Assembly: GCA_964035545.1 (NCBI GenBank)
Contig: CAXIUT010000280.1
Span: forward strand, 1 to 26,000
Source: Bugula neritina
Taxonomy: Eukaryota; Animalia; Bryozoa
Direction: 5' to 3'
Length of the DNA stretch: 26,000 nt
The position numbers were made by a program, and so were the translations under genes. The notes under the pieces are model-generated. The model did no database searches. It saw nothing but the letters and a program-made list of their open reading frames with translations, and was not told where the DNA came from. This document shows positions 19,701-26,000 of the stretch, piece by piece (position 1 is the stretch's first letter; the number at the start of each line of letters is the position of its first letter).

Positions 19701-22700
19701 AAAAGCGGATCATCCACGTGTTCACTACGCTCAGAAACTTGAGTAGCAGGGAGTAAGCTTTTTATTATGAATGCGTTTTTTGGAGTAAGTAAAAGCACTC
19801 TATCGCTTAGAACCCGTTCCACTAAGCAAAAATTAGCCAAGTCCCAGCAGAATAGCGACTCATACTTTTTTCCGCTCATTTCATTGACAAATGAAATGTT
19901 TGACATCCTCCTCATATTGACCGGTCTCGTCTTTGAGCTCGTCAATACATCATATGGATAAATTGATAGTAGGCGCGATTCCAAAGTCAAGTAGCAGTGT
20001 TCAAAACGAATTTTGCCAGAAACCACAGGGCAAACGTCGACCACACACGAATAGTTTCGGATGATAGAAGAGCCAAGCCCTGGTCCAGGGCAACTTTGGG
20101 AAAGCTGCAAACGCATCATAATTGCTGACACAAGCAGATTCTTTTCTTCTATCGAAAAAGCTACAAAATAATAAATACTGCTCGGCGTAGCGATTTGAAA
20201 AGAAGACATGTCTGCATTTTTAACGCCTTTGCAACGCACGCTATGAATACTATCAAACCTCAAGAAAATACCACCTGCGTCGCTTCTAAGGCAGATAGAT
20301 TCAGATTGATGACAGCTGCGAAGCGACTCGTACGAGTGGAAAAATCTAAGGTGGCTGCTGCCAACAACAGCGATTTGACGGCTCCATTTCGAGTCATGTG
20401 AGCTTTTCTTCCATATCCAAAACGTGGAACTCATATCCAGCAAATTCATTTTTGAATTCTTACTACGCGGTAACCTGTCAGAAATGTGAGATTTGTTACT
20501 GATATGAGAATCTGAGAAAAAAGTCGATAAGCGAAGCAATCCACCGGTTGAATTAAAAATTTTCAAGCTTTCACCTTGCGAAAGCTCAGTAGATACTGAA
20601 TCTCCAGCTGCAGAGTTTTCAATTTCGTCTGCTTGTGCAAAAAATCCACACAACTGAAGAAATTGCCGACCTGCTGTTGGGGTTAAAGTTATGTTCAATA
20701 TAGCGGACGACTCAACCGTGGCAAAAATACTGGCAAAATTATCTTTCTTCGATGAAATTCCATGCGTGCGATTGAAATCGGAAGCATTCCCCCCAAATTG
20801 GTCTGACAACTCTGGGACGTCAATAATCAACCGCTTATGCCAAGGCTCAATGAAAGGCTCCCAGGCTCCGTCATCGGCATTCCAGTAATCAGAGTAAACA
20901 GTTAGCAAACAATCAATACGCCCTTGAGAACCTTCTTCAGGCAAATCATATTGATGAGCATCGACTGATAGATCTGAAGCACCCAGGCGCAGTATTGGGG
21001 TGATGAATTGGGTCTCATAGTCGATAAATGAAACTTCCAGTTTCTCGACAGTCAAATTGAAGTGAATATTCATACCTAACGCTTCTGAACGCCTCTTCGC
21101 TACTAAAACATTTGCTTTCTTAATATCAAAATTGTCGTGAGAAAAAGCCCGTTTCTTTTCAATAAAATCTGAATCGTCAACGAAAACTGGCAAGCTGGCA
21201 AAGCATTTTGACAAAACGGAAACATCCAAGCGAGAAAAATCAAAAGAAACTTCCTTGAAGCTAAAATGAGCCAGAAACACATCAGTATTAAGACTAGGTG
21301 GCTTCGGTGGAGGACACACAGACAAGATCCATTCTATTGCCGCCGGTTTCATAAGAAACTTTCCCGCCTTAAACGTGCCATCTCTTAATCCTGCCAGATC
21401 TGAAGGTGCATTGAAGCACTTTCGCTTTGAACCTTGCAGATAGTATTTTTAATGCTCATTATGGACTGTGAGAATCGAAAGAATAATATCAGACGATTTT
21501 TGTCTGTCTGTCTTGTCAAAACAACCCCCAATCCCTTCAAATGAACGTTTGAAACGAGCATTCTGTGATATTAAAAATCTTGTCCGGTTTTGTGATGTCG
21601 AACTACTCTTTCCAAGATCGACGCGAGTTGACAGATCTCCTAAATTAACATTTCTTGCCCTGGATGGATGGATCAGGGGTAAATTTTCACAAAACGATCT
21701 AAACTTCAAATATGCAACAGACAATTCTTGCAGAAAAATAGCATTTCCGAGATGAAAACTTTCGCTTCGATTTCTTCACTGCCTTTAGGATGATACCGGA
21801 CACTCAGGATGTCATCGTCGTCTGTATGCAAAATGGAATAGTCTTGTCTTTCAACATAAACTTTAACGTCAGGAGATGAAATATCAGCTTCGCCTTTGCC
21901 ATCCTTATGCTCAAAAATCAATCTAAGCATAACCATAGATATTAAAACCGGGGCACGTTTGGCTGCACCTAAGAAAGCATCCACATCAGGCGTTGAGGTT
22001 AGCGAAAACTCGGTTTGGTCAAGGGTTTTCAGCTTCATTGGCCACGAAAACCATTATCTGTAAATTCTCAACCAACAGGCAAACATTGAAACGAGTTTTC
22101 GAGTAAGATACTGTATTCAATATGTCAGAGGATTCTTGCTGTAACGTATTATCTACAAGCATAGGCGAAGACGTCCAGCAGTTTAAGCCCAAAGAATCAG
22201 AAACAAAGGAGAACTGCTGGTGCGAACAGGCGAAAAGAAGCTGCGACAGATGAAAATTTATCCATGCTTCGTCCTTTTGAATTTGCAAAGCAATCGAAAA
22301 TGACAAACTGAAAAGTTGTCGGGATATTCCTCTACTTCGCAGCCACGTTTCGCAAGAAAGGAACGGTACTTTTAGATTGGCTTCCCAATCAAAGTTTCTT
22401 TCTCCAGAAAAGTCAGAAAATTCCTCATGCTTATACAAAGCGCTAAAAAAAACTTGATCGAATCTAAACATAAGCGCATCGCGCTCAGTGAAATTGGAGC
22501 GGATATCAACAATCCGAGGAAGAAACACGGCTACTTGATTTATTCGTGCAGTCAGATCAAGATTAATATCAAGTGAAACGTTACTGTCTCCTTCTGGGAC
22601 GGGGAACACTTTCGCGAAGTAATCCACAACAGCTGAGAGCAAAGGTAGTGATACCGATATTCGAAGCGGCCGGATGTCCACAAATGCTCTAAGCCAAGGT

Positions 22701-25700
22701 ATACCATTTTCGTCTAAATCCCTTTTAATCTCGACAAGCAATAAATCTTGACCGTCCATATTCGAATTTTTTTCTAAGCCCCACGCAGAATCATTCCACA
22801 GAATGCTTTCAGGCGAAGTGGAATCAGGATGAGTTCCTCCAGCGTAAACTCTCTTTATGTTCAAATAAAACAGCGCTATCGGAGTAGCATTTCGTGGAAA
22901 AATGTCGCTCCATGGTGCTCTTAAGAGTAGCAGCATTTCGCATATTTCCAATGATGCAATGTGTTTCCCTGGATTAGTCACAAATTAAATGCCAGCTTCT
23001 TTACACAAACCCGGGCCCTGATCGAGGACCTATCTATCGGATCGGTAGAGACATGTTCTGACGAAGGTGAGTCTGCGTTATTCATTTTCAAAAGATCCTC
23101 TCCAAATTCAACCAAATTTTTTACAGATTTAGGGCAAAGCCAACAAGAAAAACCCCCAACTTCGCAAAAGGCAGGTATAGCTGCCTCGGTATATGAAAAT
23201 CCTGCAACCTCTTTTTTTTTGCAAAAAAATCAGATATGAAAAGGGCACCAGTCTTCGCAGAAATCCCGATAGTTGGAAAAAGACTGTTTCCAAAAGAGGT
23301 TTCAAGGTTCTCTAATGTCAACATTCGTCTTTGAGAAGTTTGATTCCATATTTGAACCTCTGCAATCCTCAAAGCCATAAACTCCGCCATTAATGTTCTC
23401 TTCATAGTAAATTCATTGCTTGCCTTGGACACAGATTCTATACGAAGGTTTGCAAAACAGTCACCTCGTCTATCGAGGACTTTAATGGATACCCGCGGAA
23501 GAACAATATTCCTTTTCCACAGTAATTTGCTTGCTAAGTCGCTGCTTATGTCCTCAGACAACGAAAGCAAAAGTGAGCTAGCGCTCACTTTGTCGCCCAC
23601 GGTATTATTTTCGCACTCGTTGCTTAAGTACAACGCTTGATTTAGTTTGGTATGTAGGAATATCAAACGTTTTAAGCTATCTGCACTTGCGCAGACGCAA
23701 AACTCAGAGTCCCTATTGAACTCGACATAAGATTCCACTACAGGAACAGCAGGACTCGATGGACACAAACTGAAGTACCGTGTATCTGTGAGGCTCAAAG
23801 GACCAATAAGGGGTGTGCTGTCTTTCGATTTGTTCAAAATTGTGCTTGCAGAAAGTATGACTCGCGCCAAATCCAATTCAAGCCGATCAATTCGAATGCA
23901 AACCTTAACGGCATTAATACCTTCAACAAGGCCATCTGAAACACCCAAACCAATGCCACCTGGAATTGAAATTTCCAAGGCGTCACATACCTCGAAATTT
24001 TGACTGTTTTCGACGCAATGCACATCTTCACACGGCATTGCTTGGGAGCATGCTAGCAAAAATGTTGGGCTCTCAATGGTGAGTGAAATTTGACAGCGAG
24101 GTCGCTTTTCGATGGCGTCATGAAACATACCTAAGTTAAAAACTTTAGCCATTACGATTTGATCAATAACCTTTTCTTCTAGTGAGCTCGGCGTTACTAT
24201 ACTTCCAAAAAAACTAGACAATTTTGACAAAAGTTTAGTTTCGCACCACAGGCAGAAAGGCCGCAGGACTAAGTCTACTGAGTAGAAGCTTGATTCTGTA
24301 GAGTAGTTACAACTAGCAGCACAACCATAAGCAGATGTCCAGGATTGATCAGACTCCAGTTTTATTGATGAAGCAGGCAAAAACTTGTCGGCATTTGTCC
24401 CCAAATAATTGTCACGGAATGAAAAAACTTCAGATCCTGACGCCGCATCAAATACATGCATACGTGCCAATCCAAATGAAAACTCAAGCATTGATTTTCC
24501 TGCTACCATCTTTGAATGCACGGAACTCAATGTAGCATTCAGTATCACGGAATCGGCTTCATCACGCATACTAAACAAAATCTCACGGAATCCAACGCAT
24601 ATATTGAAATTATGGTTCTCAAAAACAGATGATCGGTTGCTGCCTTCAAGATACGTCAGCAAAGTTTGCTGGCATTTGAATTTGTCTTTGAAGCTCAATT
24701 CAAAGGTTGGGTCAGATCTAGAAAAAAACCACGCGGATTGACCCCGCATCTGATGAATCGTGCAAATTTCAAGTTCTGCCAAGCTACGAAAGGCTAAGAC
24801 TTGAGCTATGGTCATATTTTTTTCAACCTCATGCAACTGCGACAAGTCTTGCTTACAATTGCGAATAAAAGTAAGTTCTTGAACAGTACTGGCCGGCTCA
24901 ATCAAACGTTTGTATTGTTCCATATAAGCTCGACGGGCAATCAAAAGCTTGGCCATGCTAAACCAGCTAGCTCGGGATAAGCGTTTTCTAGCACTTTCCT
25001 TGATCCTAGTGATAGCATAAGCCCACCAAGCTCGCGGAGCCACCACTGGACTTAATTCAGGGGCGTTCGGCGTTAGTCGAAAGTTGATTCAAATAGTATA
25101 GAAACAGGCGAACCGCTCGCTGAGAGCAGTTGCCACATATGGAACTCAATTTTATCGTAGCTCCTAAATTCCATTTCGTCGGACCCTGTTCGATAAATTC
25201 CTCAGCAGCTTGGAAGAGACAGTTGAATCCGAATAAATGCAGTAGGGGTATACACTTGTCTGAAGATTCAGAAGTTGATGATTTTATATTGTCTTTATAT
25301 GACAAATCATTTTCACAATCATAAAAGGTCATCCTGTTCCGAGAATTAACACCTGAAACGTATTGATCCAATATCATGGAGATTGAAAGGAAAGAAAGTC
25401 TCAGTATGTGTTCAAAATGAAGGCCACCAGGCAGCGCATTCGAGCAATCCACAGCGGGAGTCTTAGGACATAGGGAAAAATCCTTTATTGAAGCCCGAAT
25501 ACTAAAGAGCTCACTTTGGGGGTGAAGACCCGCAATTACCCTCACATCAGCATCACGAATACTCAACTCGAAGTTGCGAAACATAGCCTCACTGAGCTTA
25601 TTCTTCAGTTTGTCGGAAAATGACAAGGTATTTTTAATATCGCTCCCATCAGCTAGCTGCTGATTCACTTTGGATAGGCTGCATCGTCGAGAATAGTCAG

Positions 25701-26000
25701 AAGCATCAATTTCTCGACGTTTCTGCTCATTTCGAACGGATTCATCGTTGGCGCCGCATTTTCCAATTCGCAGTGTTACAGCAAGCCCATCAATTTCGAT
25801 ACTGCAAGCGACTTCTAGCAAGCTCTTCCAATGAATTGAAATGCTCAGTTTCCCCACCACTCCATGCACGAGATCAAGAGATGTATATTCATCAATCCAA
25901 GCAACAACATTTTGTGGGCGAAGTTTGATGTCGTCGAGAAGAATTTTTCCGTGAGCTAAATCAAGTTTGTCAACCTCTAAATCTTCGACCAGTTCGTGGA
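10736..26000 (-). CDS. VPS13: Giant VPS13-family bridge-like lipid transfer protein (5'-partial, >5,000 aa), frame interrupted by several 1-nt slips
   Basis: Chorein_N at the window edge (..EDLEVDKLDLAHGKILLDDIKL..HGVVGKLSISIHWKSL..IEIDGL); RP..PRAWWAYAI; YWNADDGAWEPFIEPW; VAB/SHR-BD repeats (PVLTIENVLPFPV, CPVVIVNWSGLALRY, RTKVVTISPRFMVVN); VPS13_C (LSGLGISIVD, ELAYLSV, IQLDNQ); ATG_C-like (SADLLGSPVQL, FFYEP, GVGKGIIGLFLKPLCGLLD). These occur in the expected order across ORFs 25057-, 23121-, 22019-, 21706-, 21449-, 14993- and 10770-. Confidence 0.92.
10805..11130 (-). other. C-terminal PX domain of VPS13 (completed only after a +1 frame change near 10940-10963)
   Basis: ARITGHE..VCMYRVVV..WVVWRRFSQFLELRDNL, then in the +1 frame TALPLPSRLPW..AIRQRGLNSMIRML..LVESPMVRNFF. 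Confidence 0.8.
14205..14455 (-). other. PDZ domain nested within a second C2-like domain (~13720-14630) of VPS13
   Basis: ELSMGIQI..FTVQSIMPDSFASRDGRIVPGMKITRVNEVQI...LDDLQRLL..RPIISVVF. It is flanked by C2 halves LVVTVLRAKQI..NAYCVVSYG and TWMQKLVF..VSVYLRD..DVLVGTGQITL..GSVKIDVSW. Confidence 0.75.
14935..15285 (-). other. C2 domain 1 of VPS13 (split by a -1 frame break at 15052-15053)
   Basis: LWVGVLEARDL..DLFSSDPYVVL..SQVINNSLNPIFDECFSF..LTVEVYDKDLLSSDDFM[G]SSFVPLSSL..DTWLTL..GQIRLCL. Confidence 0.9.
18260..18720 (-). other. Discoidin/F5-8 type C (galactose-binding-like) domain in VPS13
   Basis: NAFDFRTDTYWSS ... YSIASG ... SPSSWILEGLDSSGSWIALDRR ... FRSF ... YRFIF. Confidence 0.65.
20110..20430 (-). 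other. PH domain inserted in VPS13
   Basis: FWIWKKSS..KWSRQIAVVGSSHLRFF ... SFQIATPSSIYYFVAFSIEEKNLLVSAI is a PH-type pattern. Confidence 0.7.

Noticed and set aside
4163-21352. Genome-wide stop-codon reassignment (TAA/TAG=Gln or TGA=Trp)
   Set aside because: Over 5,000 codons of conserved genes have no in-frame stops, and TAA, TAG and TGA each terminate a gene (5003, 5033, 10736).
22969-23006. Possible 38-nt intron (GTGTAA...TGACTAATCCAG) that would restore the VPS13 frame
   Set aside because: The donor is weak, no other introns are evident, and adding one T gives a plausible beta-strand (VCVKKLAFNFVTNPGKHIASLEI). Not fully excluded without RNA-seq.
5434-25324. Numerous 60-196 aa plus-strand and alternative-frame ORFs inside the kinesin and VPS13 genes
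   Set aside because: They are antisense or shadow frames of long coding regions, many with non-ATG starts and no recognisable motifs.
10770-25869. Treating the seven minus-strand ORFs as separate genes
   Set aside because: VPS13 motifs are collinear and the breaks fall inside domains (C2 at 15052, PX near 10960).

Overview
Gene-dense, intron-poor eukaryotic DNA; a protist, possibly SAR/stramenopile, but that placement is inference only. From left to right: the tail of a small repeat-rich ORF; an intronless tRNA-Ile(UAU) on the minus strand; and a ~3.8 kb decayed block (~300-4100) holding a head-to-head pair of ruined ORFs, each starting with its own minisatellite (26/29-bp monomers in an 81-bp higher-order repeat, and 11 x 33-bp). 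Next come a THUMPD1/Tan1-like gene (+), a convergent intronless CENP-E/kinesin-7 gene (-), and a giant VPS13-family lipid-transfer gene (-, >15 kb, >5,000 aa, start beyond the window). The VPS13 gene carries unusual extra domains (PH, discoidin-like, two C2 with a PDZ nested in the second, C-terminal PX). Its frame is broken by about 7-9 apparent single-base slips, mostly in short homopolymers, including a hidden one that moves the true stop from 10770 to 10736. Assembly indel error is the most likely cause; recoding or recent pseudogenisation cannot be excluded without reads. I cannot support a claim of a new biological system. The best leads are the VPS13 architecture and frame breaks and the decayed repeat block.
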